Assembly: GCA_028284775.1 (NCBI GenBank)
Contig: JANQRB010000074.1
Coordinates: forward strand, 3,256 to 67,255
Source: Candidatus Kapaibacterium sp.
Lineage (GTDB): Bacteria; Bacteroidota; Ignavibacteria; Kapaibacteriales; UBA7675
Direction of reading: 5' to 3'
Length of the DNA: 64,000 bases
Positions 10,775 to 20,424 of this stretch are shown here, piece by piece. Position numbers and translations under genes: made by a program. Within the stretch, counting starts at the first letter, position 1. Each line of letters begins with the position of its first letter. The notes under the pieces are model-generated. The model was not told the origin of the DNA. It ran no database searches and saw nothing but the letters and a program-made list of their open reading frames with translations.

Positions 10775-11669
10775 AGTTTACTATCCCGGAATATCGATAA
10801 ATGCGGCCGCCATCTGGCTCCAGGCGACGCGCTGCTTGCGTATTATCAGGTGGTTGACTTGAATCGTTCAAAATTATTGCAGGCCAGGACATTTCAGATC
10901 CTGCGCAAGCGAATCACCAATTGCGCCTACGTTCAGCAGCAATAAACCTACGCTTGTACATTAATGTTCGACGCTTGGTAGCTCTTGCATTGCCGGTGGA
11001 TCTCGCCCTTTGTAGCTTGTCCACAGAAAGGCCGGAGAATAAGCAGCGGACCTGCGAAATCAGAAAAGGATTGAATCAGAAAACTGGAAGGGCGTCTTGA
11101 CAGGCGTTGGTAGAAACCCGGAATGCGATGCTTCCGGGTTTCTTCATTTATCGATTATCCGGTCGGCACTCTGCAATTTCGAGCTAAACCATCGCCACCC
11201 GACTGAATATTAGGTTTCGTGTAGAATATACACGCCAATCAAAATAAATTCAAAAAATCAATTCAAATCGCTTGCTTTTAACAAAAAGAGTACTTGACCT
11301 TGTTGAGCCGGTTTCATATATTTGGCGCGTCAGATTCAGCTAATATCAGTACTTAAAGTGAGTCGTTGTACGTTGTGAATCTGCGTTAGGCGGTGGCCCG
11401 TCTACACAGAGAACTTGAGTTGCTGAATTTTGATTAGCTGCCGCTGCTATTTCCGCCTTTTTAGGTAAGCTACCTTGTGTGAAGTAGGTCGTGCTTATTG
11501 GAACCCACTGGCTAGCTTACAATTTTTGGTTCCAGACGATCACACTGTTCTTCTGGATGCAGTCGGCGGTAAATGCTGAAATGCAGAGTAGGTCAAACCC
11601 GCCGGCGTGAGTGTCTTTGCTGAAAGAATCGTCTGATTCCTGAAGAAGATATCAGACCAATACTGAAAT

Positions 11670-11710
11670 AATAAAAAAAGAGAGACATCCCGCGAAGAAG
11701 TCTCTCTTGT
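11670..11710 (-). terminator. Rho-independent terminator on the minus strand inside a long ORF-free region.
   Basis: On the minus strand: AAGAGAGAC-ttcttcgcgggat-GTCTCTCTT followed by TTTTTTTATT. No annotated CDS lies immediately upstream, so it may end a non-coding transcript. Confidence 0.6.
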
Positions 11711-12397
11711 TCAACCAAAGGGTACGAACGTAAACGAGCTGTTGAACCAAGGAGAATTTACAAAGGTCACAAACCGGCGTCAAAACTTTTCTGACTCAAA
11801 TCATTGAATAAGATTCGGTTGTTACGTATCCGTAGCGCGGCCGGATTTCGCAGAGTTTTCTATTGATGCTTAATACAATTCTCTGCGCCGGCAAGAGAGT
11901 CTCTATTGAGTTTGATGCAATTCTGAAGCGTCTATGCCTAGACCTAGCCTACAGAGGACATCATGCCTGATGTCCACGCCTAGCGACCAGACTTCTGGTT
12001 ATCTTACGAGCTGTTGAACCGGAGCGCAGCCAGGGGAAGAAGCAATTCTTGCCCTGGCCCGGTTCACATCTCGTTGCGTGATACCATACCGTCACTTCAG
12101 TACCCTGTTAAGGATGGTACAGGTTTTTCGCCTGTACAGGATGTAGCGCAATAACCATGGTCCACGGCAGCATTGTCGTTGGACCGCTGCATCCTTCACT
12201 TCGGGTACTTACTTCGTCGCGAAGATAGTTTTCTCGTTTGCCTATTGCACCGCTTTAGCCCGGAGCGGCCGCCTGCCCCCGAACGGCAAACCCGGCAATC
12301 TCCGGTCGCACTTTTCACTAATTGAAGCCGCGATCGAGAGACTGCAATGAAAAGCGTCGCAGTTAATACCTGTCGTTGCATAATCTTCTGAAATCAA

Positions 12398-12441
12398 CAA
12401 AAAAAGTACGTCGGAGCATTAGTGCCGTTGCTCCGACGTAC
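12398..12441 (-). terminator. Rho-independent terminator of the lipoprotein gene 12538..13521.
   Basis: On the minus strand: GTACGTCGGAGC-aacggcactaat-GCTCCGACGTAC followed by TTTTTTTG, about 100 nt past the stop codon. Confidence 0.75.
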
Positions 12442-12537
12442 GATAAAGAATTACGCTATTAGATGGTTTGGCCGAAAGCGCCAATCACAAGATGAGAAAT
12501 CGAGAAAGCCGCTTGACGGAACGCTCTATGCGGGCTT

Positions 12538-13521
12538 CTAGTCGCCGCGCCGGTCGCCGCGATCCTGACGTTTGTTATGATCGCGCTTGATTTTGCAGGG
12601 TGTACCATTCACAAGCCAATCGTCCCAGATCGCCTGCTGGTCGGCGTCGAGTAGCTCGCGAATACTGCTGTAAAGGGTATTTTGAGCTTCCTCCAATGCT
12701 GCTTCCAGCGTCGCCTTGAGCTCTTGGTATTCTTCACTGTCCCGGTCGATGGACACGCCGAATTCTTCACGGAGAGCCTTCAGTTCCGCTTTCAGTTCAC
12801 GAACCTGCTGTACATTTTCCTGCTGAGACTCACGAAGCTCGGCGCGGATTGCGGCAATCTGTTCTTTCGGCTCGGCACTTTGGCTGCGCGTCTCTTCATG
12901 CAGCTCCTGCATCATCGCCTTTGCGGTTTCCCGGTCGATCTCGCCCGCTTCCAACTGAGCTTTGATGGCCGCTTTGGCTTCGCGCGCCTGCTGTCCGATC
13001 TCTTTTAACTCCTCGGCGTAGGGCGCCGCCGCTTCTTTAGCAGCCTCCTGAGCGGCACGGATTTCTTCCAGCAATGCCTGCATTTGAGACTGTATCTCTT
13101 CTACCTGGGCCTGATACTCGGGATCGTCGATGTCCGCTAATTCGATGACACTCTGCCGAAACTCTTCTTTCGCCACTGATGCCGCTTCCTTAAACTCACC
13201 CAGCTCTACCTTTACCGACTCCTTCTGCTCATCGCTTAAGTTAAGACAGATAAAAGGAATACGCCCGCTGCCCTTCGAAGATTTGCCCTTGCGCATCATT
13301 AATGGCTCCGAAGCTGCATCGAGATCGATGTTGAAATCCAATTCGTCGCCAAAAAGATCGTCGCCGTTATCGCCGCCGAATAAAGCGGAACTATTGAAAC
13401 TGTCTGCCGATGACAGGGGACTATCACTTTCCGTACACGCCACGAACAGTACCAACATCGCGATGCTCAAGCCCAGTGCGGTTCCGCGAACTTTCCATTG
13501 AGATTCTTTGTGGATTAGCAT
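12538..13521 (-). CDS. Lipoprotein with a long acidic, Glu/Lys/Ala-rich coiled-coil region.
   Basis: Signal peptide with lipobox LFVAC, then low-complexity EEIQSQMQALLEEIRAAQEAAKEAA-type heptad-like repeats. Divergently transcribed from the ECF sigma gene. Confidence 0.5.
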   Translation of the reverse strand: MLIHKESQWKVRGTALGLSIAMLVLFVACTESDSPLSSADSFNSSALFGGDNGDDLFGDELDFNIDLDAASEPLMMRKGKSSKGSGRIPFICLNLSDEQKESVKVELGEFKEAASVAKEEFRQSVIELADIDDPEYQAQVEEIQSQMQALLEEIRAAQEAAKEAAAPYAEELKEIGQQAREAKAAIKAQLEAGEIDRETAKAMMQELHEETRSQSAEPKEQIAAIRAELRESQQENVQQVRELKAELKALREEFGVSIDRDSEEYQELKATLEAALEEAQNTLYSSIRELLDADQQAIWDDWLVNGTPCKIKRDHNKRQDRGDRRGD

Positions 13522-13833
13522 TGTCCTACCTTTTCACTTGGTTCGTTTTCATTCGAAGAGAAATCATTTGCGAGCGCTCTCAGAGGCAAACAATGCCGGG
13601 TCGATTTGCTTTGTTACAGCAGCGGGGTCAAGGAAGAAAATTCGCACAAAAGGCTTTAAATGGTGTTATTAGGCAAAAAATATTTTATTTGCGGCCGGAA
13701 AAAGCGACATCTCCGATTGGGAGTACGGTCAAGCTGAGGCGACAGATATTTGTAGCTCTCTTTGCAGCATTCACTTCTGTTTCCATGGCGTGTAACAATC
13801 CAGGCGGCGCCGGCATTTCTGAGGATGCACAAT

Positions 13834-14394
13834 ATGAAAGCGACTGAACGAAGCGCAGCAAGCGATGAAGAGTTGTTCGAGCTGGTGCAGCAAGACAACG
13901 AACGACAGGCTTTCCAGGAATTGTATCAACGCTACAGTCGAAGGGTTTTTTCCTACTGTCTGCGAGCAATGGATACGCGCGAGGATGCCGAGGATGTTTT
14001 TCAAACGGTGGTGATGAATATTTATGCTAAGCGTGATTCGTTCAAGGGCGGAAGTTTTGTGGCCTGGTTGATGACAATTACACGCAATCAATGTCTGATG
14101 GGCAAGCGCAATAAACGCATCACCCGCGACATTGACGAAATGGTGGACGTACTTGAAAGCAGCAACAACGAAGCGAAGCAGGACTTTGCCCTGAACGAGG
14201 CGGTGCGTGAGTCAATAGCCGCGCTGCCGGAAGAATTTCGTGAAGCGGTAGAAATGAAGTATTTCGATGATTTTTCTTACGAGCAGATTGCTAAAGCTAC
14301 CGGCGCCTCGTTGTCACTTGTTAAAGTGCGTCTCTTTCGGGCTAAAAAAATGCTGCTGAAAATGATGACGCCGTATCGGGAGAATTTTCTATGA
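13834..14394 (+). CDS. ECF-type RNA polymerase sigma-70 factor. The start is placed at MKATERS, with GAGGA 8 nt upstream, inside ORF 13762..14394.
   Basis: Sigma-70 region 2 (FQELYQRYSRRVFSYCLRAM ... VAWLMTITRNQC) and region 4 HTH (SYEQIAKATGASLSLVKVRLFRAKKML). Its stop overlaps the start of the next gene (ATGA). Confidence 0.85.
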   Translation: MKATERSAASDEELFELVQQDNERQAFQELYQRYSRRVFSYCLRAMDTREDAEDVFQTVVMNIYAKRDSFKGGSFVAWLMTITRNQCLMGKRNKRITRDIDEMVDVLESSNNEAKQDFALNEAVRESIAALPEEFREAVEMKYFDDFSYEQIAKATGASLSLVKVRLFRAKKMLLKMMTPYRENFL

Positions 14395-15299
14395 GAGCTG
14401 AAGAACTTCTTGCCAAATATCTCGATGGTTCACTGACGCAGGCTGAAGAGACCGAGTGGATCTCGCTGCTGGAATCGTCGCCCGATCTTGCCGAAGAGGC
14501 CCGTGCGCTGGGTGGCCTGGAAGAAGCCCTTAGCAGCCAAAAAACAATTCTGTCTCCCGCCGACCAGGCTTACCTGGATTCAGTAGGCGAGCGGGCACTC
14601 GATGCAATGGCGCTGCCACTCGATGGCGGTGCGGCGGCGGCGGGCAGCAGTACGGCAGGCAGCGGGATAACGGGGAGCCTCACGGGAATCGTCTCGGCAG
14701 CGATTGGCGGCCTTCTTATTCTAGGCGGCGTTGCATATCTGACACTGCTGAATGGCGAGGACGACCAGGGCCTGTCCACCAACGCTGAGCGGAATACTCC
14801 GGAAGCCGTGGCAGTTGATGTTCCGCCCGCGGATCTTGATCAAGTTCCAGATGAAACGCAAAGCGCCTCCGACAATGATGCGGCGGCAACGGATCCGCAA
14901 AGCAACGCGCTTAGCGAGCCAACGCTTACGAGTGCTCCACCGGAATCGCAACCGGCAGCAGAACTTCAGGATCCAGCGCCCGAACTTTTCCATGAAAACG
15001 AAGCTTCCGCTGCGGAGGGAAGCAGCACGCAAGATGTTCAGATAGAAGCCCAGGTCAAGCTGCAGCGTATCTATGAAGACATTAAAATAGCCAGACAACA
15101 GCTTAACAAGGCCGAACAGCAGAGCAACACGGTCGGGCAGGCCCGGGCGGCTTTGAACCTGGGCAAGCTCTATCGGCAGCTTGGCAAGACCAGTCACAGC
15201 GCAAATTATCTGAAAATTGCCGAACGCTTCGCTAAAGCCGCCGGATTGGACAAAATTGAATCCGACGCGCAACAGGAGCTGCTTTTACTCGAAAACTGA
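14391..15299 (+). CDS. Putative anti-sigma factor: single-pass membrane protein translationally coupled to the ECF sigma gene.
   Basis: 4-nt overlap with the sigma gene. N-terminal cytoplasmic helix, one TM segment (IVSAAIGGLLILGGVAYLTLL), then a low-complexity acidic periplasmic region with a C-terminal TPR-like end. Confidence 0.55.
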   Translation: MRAEELLAKYLDGSLTQAEETEWISLLESSPDLAEEARALGGLEEALSSQKTILSPADQAYLDSVGERALDAMALPLDGGAAAAGSSTAGSGITGSLTGIVSAAIGGLLILGGVAYLTLLNGEDDQGLSTNAERNTPEAVAVDVPPADLDQVPDETQSASDNDAAATDPQSNALSEPTLTSAPPESQPAAELQDPAPELFHENEASAAEGSSTQDVQIEAQVKLQRIYEDIKIARQQLNKAEQQSNTVGQARAALNLGKLYRQLGKTSHSANYLKIAERFAKAAGLDKIESDAQQELLLLEN

Positions 15300-15348
15300 A
15301 AGTTCAAAGTGCATCCCTGAAGTGCAGGCTAACAACCTCAAACAGCAT

Positions 15349-15386
15349 ACCGGGCCGTGATGATTGTCGGGCCCGGTTTTTCTTTT
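15349..15386 (+). terminator. Rho-independent terminator after the sigma/anti-sigma operon.
   Basis: ACCGGGCC-gtgatgattgtc-GGGCCCGGT followed by TTTTTCTTTT. Confidence 0.75.
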
Positions 15387-15687
15387 CGATCGACGCCAAA
15401 ACTACTTTACTATGGAATCGCCTGATCTTGCCGGATTATCCCTGGCCGTAGGGTCGTCTCCAGCCTTGCTTCAACTCCGGATATTGCTTGTATCACCCTG
15501 ATAACCATATCTGTGAACCGGCGGCTAGCTTAGCAAAAAAAGCATTGACAAATATTTTGCCTGCAGAGGAACTTTAGATTTCATGCTGCTGTTTAATGCC
15601 TCGGTTGCAGGAAACTGCCTCCATGCGGACTACAAAGTTCTTTAGACGACAATTGCTACACAGCAATCATAAATGGCCCCGTTTTGA

Positions 15688-15745
15688 AACGAGGCGTACT
15701 CGAATTATCGCATAAGCGATTGTAGTACGCCTCGTTTCGTTTTTG
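15688..15745 (+). terminator. Second hairpin plus T-run on the plus strand, about 350 nt after the first. It may end a short non-coding transcript.
   Basis: AACGAGGCGTACT-(long loop)-AGTACGCCTCGTT followed by TCGTTTTTG. Confidence 0.4.
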
Positions 15746-15819
15746 CTGCAATCAATGACGAACACAAGCGCCGACTCGGGCCGGACCGGCTGCTGCGATC
15801 ACCCGGCGTTAGCTGCGTT

Positions 15820-17934
15820 TCATTCACGACCTTTGTTATTACGAGTCGGGGATTGATAGATGACTCGCAGCTGAAGTCCCGGACGCCGGATGCGGTTACC
15901 CTTGCCGGCATTGGCTCCTGCCATATCCGCCTCGCGAACCAGGTCAACATCGGCAAGTCCGAGCGCCCCCAGCCGATTCCGCATATTTTGCTGTTGTAAC
16001 TTCATTGCGTCAAGAAAAAGAGCACTCAGCGCAGCGCCGCCTGCCCTAGCCGATTTCACGCTGTTCACTATGTGGCGAACAGAAGAATCAGGGAATTGAA
16101 GGCTGCTTTCCGGCAGAAAAAAGGTCTGACTGTAGAGCGGCAGTTCACCTGCCTGTTGCCGGGGCGCACCGCCCGGCCTCAGATTAATGTCGCCTTCGGC
16201 GATGACAACTGTTTGCTCTTCGTAGTCTGTGACGGTGAGTCGGTAGGCGAGTGCCTGATCGAGCAGAGCGCCAAAATCCTCAATGAAATCCAAAGGGACG
16301 TCGATGGAGGCGGGAGGCTCTCCGTCGCCGTCGCGCCAATGCAACTCCCGCTGTCCAATCAGAATGGTCAGACGCCAGAACTTAACCCCGGACTCGGCCA
16401 GGACAGTCGGAAAAAATCGGAGTGTCGGGAGGTCATTGAGCGGTCGTGCTATCGTATCGACGATTTGCAATGGCGCCTGCAACTGCGTCGTACCGTATCG
16501 CAATCCAATTGCAGCGCTCTCCCTGTTGGAATCGACTTGCTGTTCGATATCGATTCCGATCCGTTCCTCATCTACAGCCCACACTTTTTTTAGATACGCG
16601 CGAATCGACCGGGCACGCGCAAGGGCCAGGTCCGTCTCGGAAGCGTAATCGCCTTTGTGGGGCTGAGCAAGCACATCCAGCCAAGCCGAGCTGTCCTGAT
16701 TCAGACGCCAACCCAGAATATTCAGCAGGTTTGCATTGACTTCATCATAGTTCCAATCTTCCCGCCTGAAGTCGAATTCATTTTTGTGGCGGAGCTGTTG
16801 CTGATGAGAAGGCAGAATCGAAAGACCGTCATCGAAAACCAGGACGCCGGGCAACGCGAATATTTGTTCCGAACGCACTGCTTCCAGCTCCAGACTCATA
16901 GCTGCCTGCTCGCGACCGTTCTCGCGCAAAAAACGAAGGCTCATGCTACCGGAGAGGAGTCCACGAGGCCGGGGCAGCTCCAACACCCATATCTCCTGAA
17001 TCAGCACCGTGGTCAGGACGTCGTTCGTACCGCGCAGGCTGCGTTCGCTGACCTCGCGGCGGTCGAGGCGCAGACGCTCGGCGCTGAGACCATCAACCAG
17101 CATGGTTGTCGTGTCCCGCTGGTACAATGTATCGCGTCGCACGCGCAGATCCGGCGCCGGCCCGATAATCAGGGCGAGGCCAGCATGCAGGGTGCTTGCC
17201 TGCCATTCCGTGTCGCGAACAAAGTTACTAAGACCGTACTCAAGACGCAGTTCGGGCCGCAGGCGCCAGGCGCCCCCGGGACTTATCGCAAGCTCGTAGG
17301 CTATGCCGGCGGTCAAAGCAAGATGCACGGGAGCGATTTCAGCTATGCTGCCTGATTTGTCAGGAAACACCGTGACGACTGACGCATCGACCGGTTCGGC
17401 CAAAACACTGCGCTGTGAAAAATCGGAACCGGGCAAAACGGCAAGCCGTCCTCCGAAGCTAATCAGAAAATGATCGAGCGGCTCATATATAAGGTTCGGC
17501 TCAATGCCGACAGATAGAAATGAGCTTTCGAGGCTGTGCCGAAAGATTCCCTGCACAGGGCGATTGCTGTCGGCAATAACTGTCGCTTCCAGGGCTTCGA
17601 ATTCAACGGCAAAGGGCTGAATACTTAAACGCAGTCCAAGCCTCAACTGCCGACGCCACTGCCATTCGGCCAGAGCCCCAAAACTGAAGCCTGTGCTGCC
17701 GGTGTCGGAAAACGAGGCTTGTGCCTTGGCAACACCGGGAAAGGAATTGAAATCGGCGCGATGCTGTACCAAGTCGCCATGTCCAAAAATTCCAAAGCGC
17801 CACTGGTTGAGATCTGAGCTGTCTGTTGGCGCGGCAAACAGCGAAAAGGCGCTCGTTACTGCAAACAGCAAGGGTACGATAAAAAATGACCGGACCCGAT
17901 TGGGAAGAAAGGACTGCCAAAATGCTTGCGCCAT
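15820..17934 (-). CDS. OmpA-family outer-membrane protein: N-terminal beta-barrel-like region, an OmpA-like peptidoglycan-binding segment, and a C-terminal extension.
   Basis: Signal peptide. Alternating hydrophobic beta-strand patterns in the first ~250 aa. Motif DYASETDLALARARSIRAYL resembles the OmpA_C N..LS..RA..V..YL core. Its start overlaps the stop of the upstream T9SS-CTD protein gene by 1 nt. Confidence 0.45.
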   Translation of the reverse strand: MAQAFWQSFLPNRVRSFFIVPLLFAVTSAFSLFAAPTDSSDLNQWRFGIFGHGDLVQHRADFNSFPGVAKAQASFSDTGSTGFSFGALAEWQWRRQLRLGLRLSIQPFAVEFEALEATVIADSNRPVQGIFRHSLESSFLSVGIEPNLIYEPLDHFLISFGGRLAVLPGSDFSQRSVLAEPVDASVVTVFPDKSGSIAEIAPVHLALTAGIAYELAISPGGAWRLRPELRLEYGLSNFVRDTEWQASTLHAGLALIIGPAPDLRVRRDTLYQRDTTTMLVDGLSAERLRLDRREVSERSLRGTNDVLTTVLIQEIWVLELPRPRGLLSGSMSLRFLRENGREQAAMSLELEAVRSEQIFALPGVLVFDDGLSILPSHQQQLRHKNEFDFRREDWNYDEVNANLLNILGWRLNQDSSAWLDVLAQPHKGDYASETDLALARARSIRAYLKKVWAVDEERIGIDIEQQVDSNRESAAIGLRYGTTQLQAPLQIVDTIARPLNDLPTLRFFPTVLAESGVKFWRLTILIGQRELHWRDGDGEPPASIDVPLDFIEDFGALLDQALAYRLTVTDYEEQTVVIAEGDINLRPGGAPRQQAGELPLYSQTFFLPESSLQFPDSSVRHIVNSVKSARAGGAALSALFLDAMKLQQQNMRNRLGALGLADVDLVREADMAGANAGKGNRIRRPGLQLRVIYQSPTRNNKGRE

Positions 17935-19289
17935 TAATTAGCCACAACGATGATACGAGTCATGGAAAAATCGGGGGTCCGGAGCCACAGGAAATAGAGC
18001 CCCGGCGCTGGAAAGACACTACGTGGCAGAGTGCTGGTAAAACTGTTCTCGTTTCGCGGCAGGATGCGACTCAAGTCACGCAGCGGGTTGCCCAGCGCAT
18101 CGAAAATGCCTAACTCCGTTGGTCCGAAATACTTAACAAAAACGCTGGCTTCATCAATGAGGGGATTGGGAACGATTTCGATTTCGAGTGGTCCCTGATT
18201 CGGATTTACCAGGCGCGGTATTCCATCCTCATAGTAGAGGCCATCAAGGCTGAATACGCCATGCTGTAAGTCAATATTATCGAGGGGTCTGTCCGCGCTC
18301 CGGACAATAAATGAGAATCCTTCAATCTCCATGGTCGACACGGCAACATTGCCGAGCATGGCGATCATTGGAATCTGGTGGAGGGTGTCGCCGACGGCAA
18401 AATCCAGCCCCTGAGCATTCACGGGATTTAAGAGAAGGGTCTGCTTGCCATTAGCTACAATGCTGCGCGTGTCGGGATCGACCGGCGTCATAACCGAGGC
18501 GTTAAAACTGATCCGACAGGAATAACCGACAAGATTGCGACGCGGCATAAACTTTGTTAAAATTACCGGCAGCAGGAATTCTTCACCGGGCGCGGCGCTG
18601 ATCGCCGGAATAGTTACCGCATCGGTAACTTCGCCGGCCGTTCGTTCTTCAACGACGTTGGCGCGGATGGGAAGATCAACAAGTACCTCGTCGTTGTCTC
18701 TCAGCAGCTTGATGCTCGCCAGTTTAAGTCCGGTCTGCGCCGGCGGCACCTGGGCGCCGCCCTGACGATAGTGAATTCTGATGATCCGGTTGCCGCCGGG
18801 GGGGATGTTGATGGTATTGGCCGGCTCGAGCGAAAATAGGGACTCCTGGTTGTTGGAGAAGCTAAAGGAATTAAGCGAAATAACACGGTCGTTACAGTTT
18901 TCCAACAATACGCTGATTTCTCTCCGTTCATCCGGCAGCACGTCGCGGAAATTGACGGCACCGGGACTGGCAGAAATGGTACTTCCGCTGAGAGTTTGGT
19001 CGCGCTGAGCTTTAGCCGGCGCCGAATGCGGAATGTCGGATCGCAGATCGAGGATTGGATCTTGCGCCTGAATAATTCTGAGCCCCTTGCCGGTCATCCT
19101 GCCATCATCCGCCGGCAGGCGGGAAACAGGCTGCGTCAGAAGTAGGGTCAACAAGCAGATCGCGGCCCGAACAACCGACCTTCGCAAATGAAGGAAATTC
19201 ATTATCTCACGTTGTCTTCTGGATCTACAATTCCGCATGAAACAGACCGATAATACAAAAAGAGCGCGGTACCGGCAAGTTGGCATCAC
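17934..19289 (-). CDS. Secreted protein with an ASH/PapD-like Ig domain and a T9SS-type C-terminal sorting domain. The probable start is MNFLHL, 87 nt inside the ORF.
   Basis: Signal peptide AAICLLTLLLTQP. The C-terminus GLYFLWLRTPDFSMTRIIVVAN resembles the T9SS CTD. Probably co-transcribed with the OmpA-like gene. Confidence 0.5.
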   Translation of the reverse strand: MMPTCRYRALFVLSVCFMRNCRSRRQREIMNFLHLRRSVVRAAICLLTLLLTQPVSRLPADDGRMTGKGLRIIQAQDPILDLRSDIPHSAPAKAQRDQTLSGSTISASPGAVNFRDVLPDERREISVLLENCNDRVISLNSFSFSNNQESLFSLEPANTINIPPGGNRIIRIHYRQGGAQVPPAQTGLKLASIKLLRDNDEVLVDLPIRANVVEERTAGEVTDAVTIPAISAAPGEEFLLPVILTKFMPRRNLVGYSCRISFNASVMTPVDPDTRSIVANGKQTLLLNPVNAQGLDFAVGDTLHQIPMIAMLGNVAVSTMEIEGFSFIVRSADRPLDNIDLQHGVFSLDGLYYEDGIPRLVNPNQGPLEIEIVPNPLIDEASVFVKYFGPTELGIFDALGNPLRDLSRILPRNENSFTSTLPRSVFPAPGLYFLWLRTPDFSMTRIIVVAN

Positions 19290-19390
19290 ATCCGCCGCCG
19301 GAAAAATGCGGTAGATGCCTGTGACCGCGAATCAACAGCACCGAGCTTCCAGCGGTCCCGTTTATCTGAAAACCGGCAAGCTCTCGACTG

Positions 19391-19732
19391 TTACATCGGG
19401 TTTATCGGCCGTACTTCAACGCTGCCGCCGTCTGCAAGTATCGGACAGCCCCTGGCAATTTTCTCTGCCTGCGAAAGATCGTCGGCGCGAATGATAAGAT
19501 AGCCGGCGACGACTTCTTTGCCTTCGGCAAAAGGACCGTCGGTGACGATCTGTTCCGGGCCTCGCAATACTTTGCCTTCCTGCGCCAGGGGACGCCCGCT
19601 CTCGAGATGGCCCTGTGCCGCAAGGTTTTCCATCCAACGCTTCCATTTTTGCATGTGAGCCTGCATCAGATCGGCATTGGCAAACAGCTCATCAACGTTT
19701 CCGCCTCGAAAGAGGTAGAGAAAATCATCCAT
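19391..19732 (-). CDS. YciI-like/DGPF-domain small protein.
   Basis: 113 aa, with the characteristic motif run GPFAEGKEVVAGYLIIRADDLSQAEKIA of the YciI/DGPF dimeric alpha+beta barrel family. Confidence 0.65.
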   Translation of the reverse strand: MDDFLYLFRGGNVDELFANADLMQAHMQKWKRWMENLAAQGHLESGRPLAQEGKVLRGPEQIVTDGPFAEGKEVVAGYLIIRADDLSQAEKIARGCPILADGGSVEVRPINPM

Positions 19733-19990
19733 ATCAACAAATCCCGCATCAGATACGTGAATCTCTGTTTAGCAATTATACCGGAGGCCCCGGGCGCACA
19801 GCCTCTGTACCATTCCGCCGAATGACTCGCCGGACGGAAGGTCCGTCAGATACCGGGAGGCGTGATCAAAACGGACGGGGTGCATCGGCGCTCATGGACG
19901 CAGACAAATGTACGCAAAAAAAATCGAGGGCGGGCAAGCCGCGACAGCAAACTGATTGTGCAGCGTCCCGAGGGGCATCGCTGAAAGTAT

Positions 19991-20383
19991 TTGTCACAGC
20001 TCAGCACTTTAGCTAAGTTGCACGCTTTCACATTTGAGGCGACGATGAGTGACTCCGAACGCGATCAGCTCCGCAAGCACATCCTCGGAGAGATTGACGA
20101 CCTGAAATTCGATATAACGGAGCTGGAAGAAGCCACGCAGCCGATTGCACCGGACGGCGCGTATGGAAGGCTCAGCCGTATGGACGCTATTAACAGTAAA
20201 TCCGTAAATGAAGCGGCGCTGCGTTCTGCCAGGGCGCGTCTGTCGCAGCTCGGGCAACGACTTGAGGACATCGACAACGCCGAGTTCGGCCTTTGTGTCC
20301 GCTGCAAACAAAGAATCCCGTTCGCCCGCCTGATGTTTATGCCGGAAAGCGATCGCTGTGTTGCCTGTGCCGACAAAAAATAA
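19991..20383 (+). CDS. DksA/TraR-family C4-type zinc-finger protein. The likely start is MSDSERD at 20045.
   Basis: C-terminal CVRCKQRIPFARLMFMPESDRCVACADKK is a four-Cys TraR/DksA zinc finger. The coiled-coil N-terminus is typical. Confidence 0.7.
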   Translation: MSQLSTLAKLHAFTFEATMSDSERDQLRKHILGEIDDLKFDITELEEATQPIAPDGAYGRLSRMDAINSKSVNEAALRSARARLSQLGQRLEDIDNAEFGLCVRCKQRIPFARLMFMPESDRCVACADKK

Positions 20384-20424
20384 ATTCAATACAGTCTCAA
20401 TAGTTGTTGTAGTCTATCACTCAG

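Noticed and set aside
11095-11150. Plus-strand hairpin GAAACCCGGAA-tgcgatgc-TTCCGGGTTTC preceded by a TTGACA hexamer.
   Set aside because: It could be a terminator or a promoter-proximal structure. No plus-strand gene precedes it and the downstream T-run is weak (TTCATTTATCG), so I left it uncalled.
12196-12381. 61-aa ORF on the minus strand in the long non-coding region.
   Set aside because: It is Arg/Ser-rich, overlaps hairpin/terminator-like sequence and has no start context. It is most likely non-coding.
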